From a virus: a stretch of DNA of 64,000 nt. The first letter of the stretch is position 1; each line of letters opens with the position of its first letter. Positions 17,769 through 27,185 of this stretch are shown here, piece by piece. The position numbers and the translations under genes are program-made. The notes beneath the pieces are model-generated. The model searched no databases. It was not told the DNA's origin and saw only the letters and a list, made by a program, of their open reading frames with translations. Where the stretch lies: IMG/VR virus record IMGVR_UViG_3300032224_001477, positions 12,209-76,208 of that record. One strand, 5' to 3'.

Positions 17769-17983
17769 ATCTACCAACCATCAATCGATTAAAGGCAGTC
17801 CATCTGATGGACCAGTCCGAGTTGGCGATGCTAACCGAGCAGTTCAACACGCTGCTTGCCTCACATCAAAGAGTTAAAAGCGAAGTGGAAACACTACGCC
17901 AAACCTTGAACTCCTACGTTGGCTTCACGCAGAAGCTGACCGAAGAGATAACCCAATACAAAAGGAATAAAAGACAACGATGA
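17765..17983 (+). CDS. Early coiled-coil protein
   Basis: ATGA overlap, heptad pattern. Confidence 0.55.
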   Translation: MNLPTINRLKAVHLMDQSELAMLTEQFNTLLASHQRVKSEVETLRQTLNSYVGFTQKLTEEITQYKRNKRQR

Positions 17984-18303
17984 TCAACCTAACCAAAGCA
18001 CCCATCAACAGGATTGAACCTTGCGATGACAACCCTGGTACACACAAGACCGGGGAGCTACGCAACATTACAGCCGACGAGATAACCGCGATCCTTGGCT
18101 TCGAGCCTAACTTCCCTGATGATCCAGCCAAGGTGGTTAACTCCTGGCTTGGACGATTCATCTACTCGGATGGAGAACGCAGGACGTTCGCTATCTGGGA
18201 CTACAAAGGGTCACACTTGGACAACAAGTTCAGTACTTGGGGCGACCAGGAGTTACTCAACGGACTGTTCTACGGACACTACCACCACGGTCTAGGTTGG
18301 TAA
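17980..18303 (+). CDS. Early hypothetical protein
   Basis: LGFEPN..DDP.KV..SW...AIWDYKG pattern seen in small phage proteins. Confidence 0.65.
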   Translation: MINLTKAPINRIEPCDDNPGTHKTGELRNITADEITAILGFEPNFPDDPAKVVNSWLGRFIYSDGERRTFAIWDYKGSHLDNKFSTWGDQELLNGLFYGHYHHGLGW

Positions 18304-18318
18304 ATTACTGACTGTTAT

Positions 18319-18516
18319 ATGTCAGCAACTTACACCATTCCTAACTGGTTTAGCCCACCTATGTGTCGCGCAATCATTCGCGCACACAAGGAAGGCTACA
18401 AAGTTCAGGAGATCAGTCATCTATTCAACATTAAGTACAACCAGATCTATCGGTTCCTTGTGCTCAGCCAGCACTTGATCCCAACCAAGAAAGTTAAACC
18501 TAATGAAGATAAATAA
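18319..18516 (+). CDS. Small HTH protein
   Basis: EGYKVQEISHLFNIKYNQIYRFL helix-turn-helix pattern. Confidence 0.55.
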   Translation: MSATYTIPNWFSPPMCRAIIRAHKEGYKVQEISHLFNIKYNQIYRFLVLSQHLIPTKKVKPNEDK

Positions 18517-18660
18517 GATGCCATCAAAAGAATTGGTCAGCATCAAAGCCCGACTCAAAACGATAAGGGAAAAGACGGACAGCGCACCTGCCAAGGGTGA
18601 CGAGTCTCCTTCTCTCTATTACAGGCACATCACCGAACAGTTACTACGAAGGGAGGGTAA

Positions 18661-19107
18661 ATGAAATCAGCTGTACTCGATACGCTGGATGACATGGACG
18701 TAGGTATCGACCAGCTCCTACCTACCACAAGCGATAAACCCACAGCTAAAAACCTTTGGGCTATCTGCACGGAAAGCCAATGGGTTAGCCGTGCCTGTGG
18801 TTGGGAGAAGATTGCCAAGACTTCAACGGATCAGTTTCCTGAAGACAAGGCAACCGTCCGCGCTAACCGCAATACCGGCAAGTCGAACATGATTTACACG
18901 GTGTACTTCAACTACGGCACACGGACACACACAAGCAGTTGGGGTAACTACAATTATAGAAGCCGATTGATGGTTAGCACAACAGGCGAACTAGTTGATC
19001 GTCACTTCCACTTCAACGGTAGTTGCCCCACTGACGGAGAACTTCAGAAGATCACCGACACAATGGAGTTCATTGAGTCGAGGATCCGGGCCGCGAGTAA
19101 CGGCTAA
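18661..19107 (+). CDS. Early hypothetical protein
   Basis: GGAGG SD; coupled to small ORF 18503-18664. Confidence 0.65.
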   Translation: MKSAVLDTLDDMDVGIDQLLPTTSDKPTAKNLWAICTESQWVSRACGWEKIAKTSTDQFPEDKATVRANRNTGKSNMIYTVYFNYGTRTHTSSWGNYNYRSRLMVSTTGELVDRHFHFNGSCPTDGELQKITDTMEFIESRIRAASNG

Positions 19108-19167
19108 TCAGTACGGTTCTATGAACCGCGATCCACAATACAACAAACTAAAACGGAGGATACACAC

Positions 19168-19518
19168 ATGGCTTACGTTGTTACAGCCACACCTGATCAG
19201 GTTGACTTGTTTGGCAAGGCGTCTGATCAGCTCAACAAAGCGAAGAAGGTACGGGATGATCTCGTCAAACGGATCTTTCTACCTTCGTCTCATGACGGAA
19301 ACACGCACTGGGCAGGGGCACATTATCAGATCACTGCCTCTGAAAGGCGTGTCAATCGGTTCGATGTAGAGACCTTAATCAGCAAACTTCAGGAGCGTGG
19401 CATCGATGATGCCAACGCCCTGGTTGAATCCTGTCAGAAGGATTCCATCAGCGTTTCGTTTCGATCCACCGTCCTCATTGGACGGTTGGCAATGCAACTC
19501 GCACAAGCAACCAGCTAA
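19168..19518 (+). CDS. Early hypothetical protein
   Basis: GGAGG SD, 116 aa. Confidence 0.65.
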   Translation: MAYVVTATPDQVDLFGKASDQLNKAKKVRDDLVKRIFLPSSHDGNTHWAGAHYQITASERRVNRFDVETLISKLQERGIDDANALVESCQKDSISVSFRSTVLIGRLAMQLAQATS

Positions 19519-19532
19519 AGGAGATACCCACC

Positions 19533-20279
19533 ATGGCTAAACTAAAAGCAACTGCACCGGTGTCCGTCGAAGCACTCGACGTACATCCCTTACCCCCATC
19601 AACCGAAACCTTCCACCCCGTAGCACACGGTAGTTTGCACAGCATGTTCTTGCAGGCATCCGAGGCTGCCGGACTGACTGTGGTACCAGCTAAGTTCCAG
19701 CTCGCACCCAATGGCGAGATGGCCATCGGTACCTACAACCTCATCGACTCACGCCTGGATGGTACAGAGACCAAGGCGCAGATCGGTTGGTTCAATAGCT
19801 GGGACAAGTCCTGCTCAGCCCGCATGTACATGGCGGACGAGATCAAGTGGTGCACCAATGGGATGGTCTTTGCCATGCGGGTGTTAGCCCGCAAGCACAC
19901 GACCAACATTCTGGCTGACCTGCCCGGCGGCATAGCCAAGGCTATGAGCGACGCAGTACCCAAGTTCCTGGCTAACCGTGTTCGCATCGAGACGTACAAG
20001 TCGACGGCCTTGGAGACCAAGGACGCTGACCACTTGCTCATGGAACACTGGCGCCAAGGTATCCTGGGTGACCGGCAGTTGAAGCGTGCTCACTCCGAGT
20101 GGGTCGAGCCTACCTACAGTGCGTTCAAACCACGCAGTGTCTGGTCCTTCCACAACGCCATCACCGAATCCCTGAAGTCAGCTGTCGTGTTCGATGCCCC
20201 GCATCTGACCACGTTGAGCAACGACATCCTGGATTCGTACACCAACTTCAGCGAGCCGGCGTTCGCTGGAGCGAACTGA
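19533..20279 (+). CDS. DUF932-like protein
   Basis: PVAH, IGWFNSWD.S, CTNGM, RKHT, SVWSFHNAITE.LK motifs. Confidence 0.75.
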   Translation: MAKLKATAPVSVEALDVHPLPPSTETFHPVAHGSLHSMFLQASEAAGLTVVPAKFQLAPNGEMAIGTYNLIDSRLDGTETKAQIGWFNSWDKSCSARMYMADEIKWCTNGMVFAMRVLARKHTTNILADLPGGIAKAMSDAVPKFLANRVRIETYKSTALETKDADHLLMEHWRQGILGDRQLKRAHSEWVEPTYSAFKPRSVWSFHNAITESLKSAVVFDAPHLTTLSNDILDSYTNFSEPAFAGAN

Positions 20280-20285
20280 TTGGAT

Positions 20286-20315
20286 GGGGAGTGCCGTGTA
20301 ACAGCGGCACTCCCC
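20286..20315 (+). terminator. Strong hairpin (terminator or processing site)
   Basis: GGGGAGTGCCG-N8-CGGCACTCCCC, 11-bp perfect stem, no U-tract. Confidence 0.45.
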
Positions 20316-20408
20316 TCCCGCTATGGCAACCGTAAGCAACACCCTGGGTAAGATCCTAGCCATCCTATCGGTGGTTGGTTTCATACTCCTATTACTACTG
20401 ATGAAAAT

Positions 20409-22754
20409 ATGATCATAACAAACTCAAGACAGACACCGTTCCAGTCAGCACAGTTTGTAGAAAAACAATTCAGTATCCGCATCAACCCCAAACTATTCGA
20501 GGCTCTCGGTTCGTTGTACACGGACCCAATCCTAGCCATCTGCCGTGAGTACATGACCAATGCAGATGAGGCACACCAGCTTGCCGGTCACAATCAACCC
20601 ATCCGGGTTACGTTACCCACCGCCTTAAAGCCTGAGCTCGTCATTGAGGACAAGGGGCCTGGCTTATCGCAAGATAAGATCTTTGAGCTGTTCACCACAT
20701 ACGGTGCAAGCGGCGATGAGAAAGAGACAAGCAATGCTTACGAGGGTGGCTTTGGTCTAGGCGGTAAGTGCTGGCGGTCCTATGCCGACAGCATCATCGT
20801 CGAGTCCAAGTACGATGGGACTAAGACAACCTATTCGTTCTTCCTGGACGAGACGGGTATGGGTAAAGCTGCTGTCCTTAATAAGACCGCAGCCACCGGC
20901 ACGGGCGTGACCATCCGCATCCCCATCAAGAAGGATGACATCGGCACCTTCACTGCACGCGCAGTAAAGATTGGCTCGATGTTTCCTGTCCGACCTACCT
21001 TCACCAACCTGACCGACGCACAGTTCAAGGAGTCAATGGATGACGACATGGACTTTGCCAATCGGACTACCATCCATAAGACGGATAAGTTCAGTTACTT
21101 TGGCGACGGCTCTGCCTCGTATGTTCGTATGGGTAGGTTGGTCTACCCTGTCACCGGTCAGCATCTTCCCTCCAACTTCAGCGAGATTCTAAAGAGTCTG
21201 CTCGAAGCTGGCGTGTTGATTAACTTTACTGTTGGCGAACTGGATCTTGCGCCTAGCCGTGAGACGCTTAAGTACACCACCAAAACCGTATCGGCTTTGT
21301 TTGGTGAGCTGAAAGCTGCGGCTGACGGGATGGCCAAGGGTATCCTGAAGGAAGTTAATGATCTTCCCTCGGAGCACCTTGCCATTCTCAGGATCAATGA
21401 GCTGACCAAGAAAGCCTATCGTGGCACCGGGTACAACAGCTCTCATGTGGAAATGTTCAGCCGCAAACTGGCTGAGAAGTTGGATAAGAAGTGGACGTGG
21501 CAGGGCAAGCCGCTTCTGCACAACACCTATGATCTGACTAAAGCGTTTCCTCCGGAGCCAGCAAATTACCCCAACACAAAAACTGAGTACTACAAATCGC
21601 TTGGCCTAAGTAGCCGTGTGTTTTGGCTGAAGAACTGGGGCAACAAGAACCTTCAGTTCGAGGACGAGCGGGAGATTATTCCGTCCAAGCGTGCTGCCTT
21701 TGTAACCACAGGTACTCGCCTGTCCTCACCCAATGTGAGGATTAAGAAGTACCTCAACGACCACAAAGAGTTTGACCACGTCTATTTGCTGGGCATGACG
21801 GATTCCGCCAAGGCTGCGGTTACCGCCAAGTACCCGGGGTTGATGAGCTTACCGTTCATTGACGTCGATACCTTGCCGCTACCTGAAAGGGATAGCTCCG
21901 GCGACGGTAGCACAGCTACTGGCGTTAAGAGTAAGAAGCACTGCAAGGGCAACGTGTTTGTGTTCGATGGCAATAACTCGAATGCAGAGAAACGTTCCGA
22001 CTTGTGGGGCATAACCAAAGACTACGACCTAGACGTACAAGAGCTCTATGTCGTATTGGATAACTTCCATGCCAACACCTTGAAGGGTGCGCACTTTGGT
22101 ATGTGTCTCAACACAGCTAGGAAAGCGTTGGCCTCAGTGGGCATGAAGTTTGATTACATCCACGGTATCAAGACTGGCGAGCTGGATAAGGTTAAAGACT
22201 CCAAGTGGTTGCATATCACTGAAGCCTTCGACTTAGCCTGTGCCAAGCTTGATGCTGACGAAGCATTGAAGGCCAAGGTCTACCCGATCATGGTCTACTC
22301 AATGGCTGGCAAAGGACTTCATTGGTCCAGTCGACCAAAGAACATGACGGAGAAACAGCACGGCCGGCTGTCTTACCTGAAAGAAATGCTTAAGCGAGTG
22401 AGCTCGTTTGTTCAAGGTACTAAAGGACTTGATGAAGTTCTCTTGGATATTAACCGCGAGTTCCAAACGTTAAGCGATGAACGCGCAACCTACGACAGTT
22501 GGTTGAGCATGGCATATACCCTCGACTTTGATTGGTCAAAGGTTGTGGGGTATGAGCCAGCAGTCTTCGACAAGATGCGTTCGTTACTCAGAGATTACCC
22601 ACTGCTGCGTTACTTCAACTACAACTCCAATGTTCTGAACGACACGTTCAGATCTAAAGGAGCCGCAGCTTTGAATGAATACATAACTTTGAAGCAACCC
22701 CTGGTTCAGAAGAATCAGGTCAAGCTTCCCAATAAAGAAAGAGAGGTAGCATGA
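20409..22754 (+). CDS. rIIA: rIIA-like protein with N-terminal GHKL ATPase
   Basis: LYTD...REYMTNADEAH, DKGPGL, GGFGLGGK, TGVTIRIP, LDLAPSRETL; directly followed by rIIB-like gene. Confidence 0.85.
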   Translation: MIITNSRQTPFQSAQFVEKQFSIRINPKLFEALGSLYTDPILAICREYMTNADEAHQLAGHNQPIRVTLPTALKPELVIEDKGPGLSQDKIFELFTTYGASGDEKETSNAYEGGFGLGGKCWRSYADSIIVESKYDGTKTTYSFFLDETGMGKAAVLNKTAATGTGVTIRIPIKKDDIGTFTARAVKIGSMFPVRPTFTNLTDAQFKESMDDDMDFANRTTIHKTDKFSYFGDGSASYVRMGRLVYPVTGQHLPSNFSEILKSLLEAGVLINFTVGELDLAPSRETLKYTTKTVSALFGELKAAADGMAKGILKEVNDLPSEHLAILRINELTKKAYRGTGYNSSHVEMFSRKLAEKLDKKWTWQGKPLLHNTYDLTKAFPPEPANYPNTKTEYYKSLGLSSRVFWLKNWGNKNLQFEDEREIIPSKRAAFVTTGTRLSSPNVRIKKYLNDHKEFDHVYLLGMTDSAKAAVTAKYPGLMSLPFIDVDTLPLPERDSSGDGSTATGVKSKKHCKGNVFVFDGNNSNAEKRSDLWGITKDYDLDVQELYVVLDNFHANTLKGAHFGMCLNTARKALASVGMKFDYIHGIKTGELDKVKDSKWLHITEAFDLACAKLDADEALKAKVYPIMVYSMAGKGLHWSSRPKNMTEKQHGRLSYLKEMLKRVSSFVQGTKGLDEVLLDINREFQTLSDERATYDSWLSMAYTLDFDWSKVVGYEPAVFDKMRSLLRDYPLLRYFNYNSNVLNDTFRSKGAAALNEYITLKQPLVQKNQVKLPNKEREVA

Positions 22755-23593
22755 ACATAATCATAACCGAAAATGACCTGACTGCGGTCATCAACAACAA
22801 GTCCTACACCCTCCGAAAGGAACACCCAAACTTCCGGTTGGTGGTGGACGGCATCAAGAACAAGTTCCCTGAGACGGAGATCGTTGACTTGATGGACGTC
22901 ACTAAGAGCGTCACCCATTACACCAACGGTAAGGTGGAGGTGCGTAACGGCGAGGTGTTCTACGACAACGAGCTAGTACAAGGCACGTTGGTAGAGCGTC
23001 TGCTCAGCTTCATGCAGGAAGGTCTTCCGCATGAACCCTACATAAAGTTCCTGGAGAACCTTATGCAAAACCCCAGCAGTCGTAGCCGGTCTCAGTTGTA
23101 CCGCTTCCTTGAACACAAGAGTCTGCCCATCACAGATGATGGCTGCTTCCTTGCGTACAAGGGAGTCAGGGATAACTACCTGGACTGCCACTCAGGCACG
23201 ATCGACAACCATCCCGGACGGCGCATCACCATGCCCCGCTCCAGGATCTCGGACGATCCTGACCTGGGTTGTCACACCGGGTTACACGTGGGTAGCGAGG
23301 AGTATGCGACCAGCTTTGGTCAGCGTACCGTCATCGTTAAGGTTAACCCACGTGACGTGGTGTCTGTCCCACTCGACTGCGATTGCCAGAAGATGCGGGT
23401 CTGTGAGTATGAAGTCACGGCGGACTACGCCGGCTCCATGCGTCAGACTTACAGCTCCAGCAATACGGGGTACGGCGACAACGCCTACAACAATACCGAT
23501 GACGGCTGGGGTCAAGAGGATGAGTCTGGTGCGCACAGCACATCAGTCCTCAACCCTAATCGTTACGAGTACAAGTTCACACATCAGGTCTAA
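22751..23593 (+). CDS. rIIB: rIIB-like protein
   Basis: FLENLMQNPS, QLYRFL, ITDDGCFLAYKGV, C..GLHVG, VKVNPRDVVSVP.D...KMRVCEYEV. Confidence 0.9.
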   Translation: MNIIITENDLTAVINNKSYTLRKEHPNFRLVVDGIKNKFPETEIVDLMDVTKSVTHYTNGKVEVRNGEVFYDNELVQGTLVERLLSFMQEGLPHEPYIKFLENLMQNPSSRSRSQLYRFLEHKSLPITDDGCFLAYKGVRDNYLDCHSGTIDNHPGRRITMPRSRISDDPDLGCHTGLHVGSEEYATSFGQRTVIVKVNPRDVVSVPLDCDCQKMRVCEYEVTADYAGSMRQTYSSSNTGYGDNAYNNTDDGWGQEDESGAHSTSVLNPNRYEYKFTHQV

Positions 23594-23666
23594 TTACTGA
23601 CTGATGATGGCCAGTAAGGGGCGGTCGTTCCTATCCGACCGTCCCTGAAAACCATAAGGAGGACAC

Positions 23667-23867
23667 ATGAGTGGAGTTACATACGGACAGTGGTGGGCCC
23701 GCATGTCGTCTCAAGCTGCAGCTGAAAGCTCTCGTGAATACCACGATCTTAAATCTCAAATGCTCAAGCTTGAGAATCAAAAGCTGAAGGAAGAAATCCT
23801 AAAGCTTAAGAAAGACAACAACATAATTGAACGGGAGCAACAGCTTCAATCGGATCGTTGGGCATGA
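23667..23867 (+). CDS. Small coiled-coil protein
   Basis: AAGGAGG SD. Confidence 0.6.
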   Translation: MSGVTYGQWWARMSSQAAAESSREYHDLKSQMLKLENQKLKEEILKLKKDNNIIEREQQLQSDRWA

Positions 23868-24082
23868 GCCTACTCAACAAAGCAGCAGTTAAACGCAGCG
23901 CCCTTGATCTGGCCACAGCCAAGTACAAGGAGCGCAACAAGACTAGGTTAGAGATGGGCATCGCTCCGTTGAAGGCTCCGCCTTCACGGGTCAGCGGCGA
24001 GTTCATCGACACCTTCGAAGCCAAAGTGATTGGCTTACTCAACAGTATGGTCAATGACCATAAGACGGGAGCAACACTATGA
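23864..24082 (+). CDS. Hypothetical basic protein
   Basis: ATGA overlaps on both sides. Confidence 0.6.
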   Translation: MSLLNKAAVKRSALDLATAKYKERNKTRLEMGIAPLKAPPSRVSGEFIDTFEAKVIGLLNSMVNDHKTGATL

Positions 24083-24717
24083 CGTTAACTATGGCTGAGT
24101 CCCACATCGGGGCTTTGTCCAATCCAAGTAAGATGCCCGGCTGGGGCTGGGGCATCTCCGCACTTAACTGCAACATCGGCACCAAGCTAAGAGAAGTAAT
24201 CGATAGCGTATGCGCTGAGTGCTACGCCCTACGCAATCATTACGTTATGCAGAATGTAATACAGGCTCACGCTAAGCGTCAGCTTGCATCCAACCGCGAT
24301 GATTGGGTCGACCTCATGGCGTTTATGATCAACATGAAATCAAAGAACAAAGGCGGAGACGCCTTCCGTTGGTTTGATTCTGGTGATCTTCAATCGGTAG
24401 AATTACTGACAAAGATCTGTCAGGTCTGCGTCAAGACACCTAAGGTAAAGCACTACCTACCAACGAAGGAATACAAGATTGTACAGGACTATGTCCAGGG
24501 TGGCGGGGTTATCCCCGACAACCTGTGCATCAGGCTGTCCGCTTACATCATCGACGGTCCACTACCCCAAGCCTTAGCCCAACGCCTCGGCGTACAGACA
24601 GCTGTGACCGTAACTAGCAACGCTACCTGCCCAGCTAAACAGCAGAACAACAAATGCTTGGACTGCCGCATTTGCTGGGACAAAGCCACACCCAACGTCA
24701 GCTACATCAAGCATTAA
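24079..24717 (+). CDS. Gp88-like Fe-S (radical SAM-related) protein
   Basis: SKMPG, C-x13-CAECYA, FRWFDSGD, HYLPTKE, NLCIRLS, CP...C..CR.CW, terminal H. Confidence 0.8.
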   Translation: MTLTMAESHIGALSNPSKMPGWGWGISALNCNIGTKLREVIDSVCAECYALRNHYVMQNVIQAHAKRQLASNRDDWVDLMAFMINMKSKNKGGDAFRWFDSGDLQSVELLTKICQVCVKTPKVKHYLPTKEYKIVQDYVQGGGVIPDNLCIRLSAYIIDGPLPQALAQRLGVQTAVTVTSNATCPAKQQNNKCLDCRICWDKATPNVSYIKH

Positions 24718-24727
24718 GAAAGGATAC

Positions 24728-25300
24728 ATGATACAACCCATTAACCCTGTCAATGTTACGGACTACCAAAGAGACGACGCCAACCTTCAAGCCTTCTGGA
24801 TCTTCTGCGTACTGACCGCCGGCAAGAATGCCGACACGGCAGCAAAGAAAGTATCGGAGTTACTGAACCGATTCACCACGCAGAAACCCTTTGAGTACAT
24901 ACGACAGCTTGGTCCTATTGCCCTGCGCAACGCCCTGCTTTCCGCCAAAAGCGGACAGTATGAGCGGATCTCCCAAGCTTTAATGGAATCATGCAACCTC
25001 AACCTTAGATACGCCACGACGGATGAACTGGACGAGGTATACGGTGTAGGCCCCAAGACAGCTAGGTTCTTCATCCTACACACCAGACCCTCGGTTAGGG
25101 TCGCTGTGCTCGACACCCACATCCTTAAATGGATGAAGAGTGTCGGCGTAGAAGATGTGCCCGAGACATCCCCAACAGACAAGAATGTGTACGAAAAGTA
25201 TGAGCGCATCTGGCTCACGCTTTACCCGTCACACTTCCCCAATTGCACGCCGGCTCAAGCCGACTTGCTTATCTGGAGATTAATGAGCGGACGCGAATGA
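24728..25300 (+). CDS. HhH-GPD DNA glycosylase/AP lyase (Ogg2-like)
   Basis: FCVLTA, HhH GVGPKTARFF with catalytic Lys, VAVLDTHIL with catalytic Asp, ADLLIW. Confidence 0.8.
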   Translation: MIQPINPVNVTDYQRDDANLQAFWIFCVLTAGKNADTAAKKVSELLNRFTTQKPFEYIRQLGPIALRNALLSAKSGQYERISQALMESCNLNLRYATTDELDEVYGVGPKTARFFILHTRPSVRVAVLDTHILKWMKSVGVEDVPETSPTDKNVYEKYERIWLTLYPSHFPNCTPAQADLLIWRLMSGRE

Positions 25301-25524
25301 AAAGAAAAACAAAAAATAAATCACTACTGATAACAGTCGAACAAGGACTCGTACATGGATACAGACTTCCAAAAGGAATTGATGTTCTTGTTGTTGACTT
25401 AGATACCGCAAAGCATGAAGGGCAAGAATCAAAAGCTAGGCGTTGGCTTAAGAGAGTATCAGACGGTTCATGCCCAGAAACAACCTCCGAAGAACTTGGT
25501 TGGAGAGAGTGGGAAAGATTATGA
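25297..25524 (+). CDS. Hypothetical protein
   Basis: ITVEQGLV...DVLVVDLD; ATGA overlap. Confidence 0.55.
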   Translation: MKRKTKNKSLLITVEQGLVHGYRLPKGIDVLVVDLDTAKHEGQESKARRWLKRVSDGSCPETTSEELGWREWERL

Positions 25525-25733
25525 GATTCTTTTACCACTTCAACAAACCCTTATCGGTACAACGTAAGGACGTCTGGTGGACTATCCACTACCAGGGTCG
25601 TTGCGTTCCCATCACAGGTTTCGAGTGCCGTGTGCCAACACACGATCGCAAACGAAAATCACAACCTCGTGCAGTTGTTTGGGGCGATGCCCACAGCATC
25701 GTCATTCAAGACAACCGCGCAATTATTACATAA
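25521..25733 (+). CDS. Hypothetical protein
   Basis: FFYHFNKP...TIHY.G.C...C.VPT...QPR.V pattern; ATGA overlap. Confidence 0.6.
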   Translation: MRFFYHFNKPLSVQRKDVWWTIHYQGRCVPITGFECRVPTHDRKRKSQPRAVVWGDAHSIVIQDNRAIIT

Positions 25734-25744
25734 AGGATACCCCT

Positions 25745-25960
25745 ATGACGTCATACGCCATAAAGAATAACCGCAACCTTTGGCTCTCCATCGACGATAC
25801 CTGGATTGACCTTGAGGAAGGCATCCGCCAGGACACGATACGTGGCTACACAGAATTGGACGCAGTTAACGAGGATCTATTCAAGTACCAAGAGGAGAAG
25901 GCTACCATTGCCTACCACCCCTGGCAGCTGGGTAAGACCCGAGAGCTGTTGCTACCATGA
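25745..25960 (+). CDS. Hypothetical protein
   Basis: AAAGGA SD before ATG 25745. Confidence 0.55.
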   Translation: MTSYAIKNNRNLWLSIDDTWIDLEEGIRQDTIRGYTELDAVNEDLFKYQEEKATIAYHPWQLGKTRELLLP

Positions 25961-26601
25961 CTGCCGGCATTAGGGATCTTTACTACAACCTCAAACAGTC
26001 CGACATCGACAGCTACACCCGCTACTGGGATGAGATTAATCCCAGAGGAGACAAGATGCGGGAGTTCAAGTTCTGGATGTTCAGCATCTTCGCAGCCAAC
26101 ATGGGCTGGGAGGACAACGTCAAGTGCATGGAAGCTGTCGGCAACCACAATGATTGGATCGACAATACAGCCGAGTTGGAACGTAGACTGTACAACGCAC
26201 GCACTGGTTTATGGCGGAGCAAAGCCAGAGACATCCAGCGTTTCACACAGTTGTTTATGCATAAGTATCACAGCTTTGTGCGTCAAGCCAACGAGAGCTG
26301 TACCGAATACCGCAACCGCATTGCCGCGACTGTCCCTGGTTTAGGGCTGGCTAAAGCCAGCTTTGCCATTGGCATGTTGAATCCTAACTGCATGGTCGTC
26401 TGCCTGGATCGATTGATCTTGCGTGGAATCCATGCATTAAAAGGACGGCAAGTAAACAAAACGGAGTACACAAAAATGGAGAACCATTGGACTAGACTTG
26501 CCTCTGACTATGACGTTAAACCGTTCATTGCCAGAGAGATCTGGTGGAACAAGTTTCAAGGCTTTAAGTCCACGAGATATTGGAGTAAGACACTTGAATG
26601 A
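25957..26601 (+). CDS. Divergent HhH-GPD glycosylase-like protein
   Basis: FSIFAAN, VPGLGLAKASF, VVCLDRLILR, EY..ME..W; aligns by eye with 24728-25300. Confidence 0.7.
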   Translation: MTAGIRDLYYNLKQSDIDSYTRYWDEINPRGDKMREFKFWMFSIFAANMGWEDNVKCMEAVGNHNDWIDNTAELERRLYNARTGLWRSKARDIQRFTQLFMHKYHSFVRQANESCTEYRNRIAATVPGLGLAKASFAIGMLNPNCMVVCLDRLILRGIHALKGRQVNKTEYTKMENHWTRLASDYDVKPFIAREIWWNKFQGFKSTRYWSKTLE

Positions 26602-27185
26602 CGAACAAGAGATTATTATGGAGAGCAGATAAAGACTATAAACATTACCAAGAAGGAGACATTAAACTAGGTAAGGATCTTGCTGACTTCGTATACAAGC
26701 AGATAAAGATCCAGGGTGTGGACGTCCAAAATCTTGGCAAGAAAAGCAAGACCTATTGGATGACTTGGGATGAGTGCAGTGCTTATTACCAAAAGCATTG
26801 TAACTATGTCATGCCTCACGATTGTGAGTTCGGCCACGAGAACTGTTCCGATAAGCCTAAGGGTATCTGTGTTTATTGCACAGCTATGTTTGAGCATATG
26901 CGGTCACATGAGTCATCGTTGCTTGCCGCATTCCAAGACGAGAGGATCCAGGAGATCCTCGGACCGGAAGAAGTTAACGCATACTACCAACGTATGACTA
27001 ACTACGATCCCGATCTAAACAAAGACATCAACAAAAAGCTGTTTGAGAAGAAGTGCATGATTGATCTTCCATCCAGATTCAAAGGTAAAGGCGAGCAGTT
27101 AAAAGAACTGTACGATGCCTTCAAGGGTCCAAGCCCAATGGTCAGGGCTGACGATCCTCCTGAACCACCTTGTAAAGTGTTCTAG
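26598..27185 (+). CDS. Hypothetical Cys/His-containing protein
   Basis: 195 aa; last + strand gene, stop overlaps the convergent late gene. Confidence 0.6.
   Translation: MTNKRLLWRADKDYKHYQEGDIKLGKDLADFVYKQIKIQGVDVQNLGKKSKTYWMTWDECSAYYQKHCNYVMPHDCEFGHENCSDKPKGICVYCTAMFEHMRSHESSLLAAFQDERIQEILGPEEVNAYYQRMTNYDPDLNKDINKKLFEKKCMIDLPSRFKGKGEQLKELYDAFKGPSPMVRADDPPEPPCKVF

Noticed and set aside
23585-23660. Hammerhead ribozyme (CTGATGA...GAAA core words present)
   Set aside because: Stem II does not close directly onto GAAA, and stems I and III cannot be formed around a NUH site without forcing; at best a decayed remnant.
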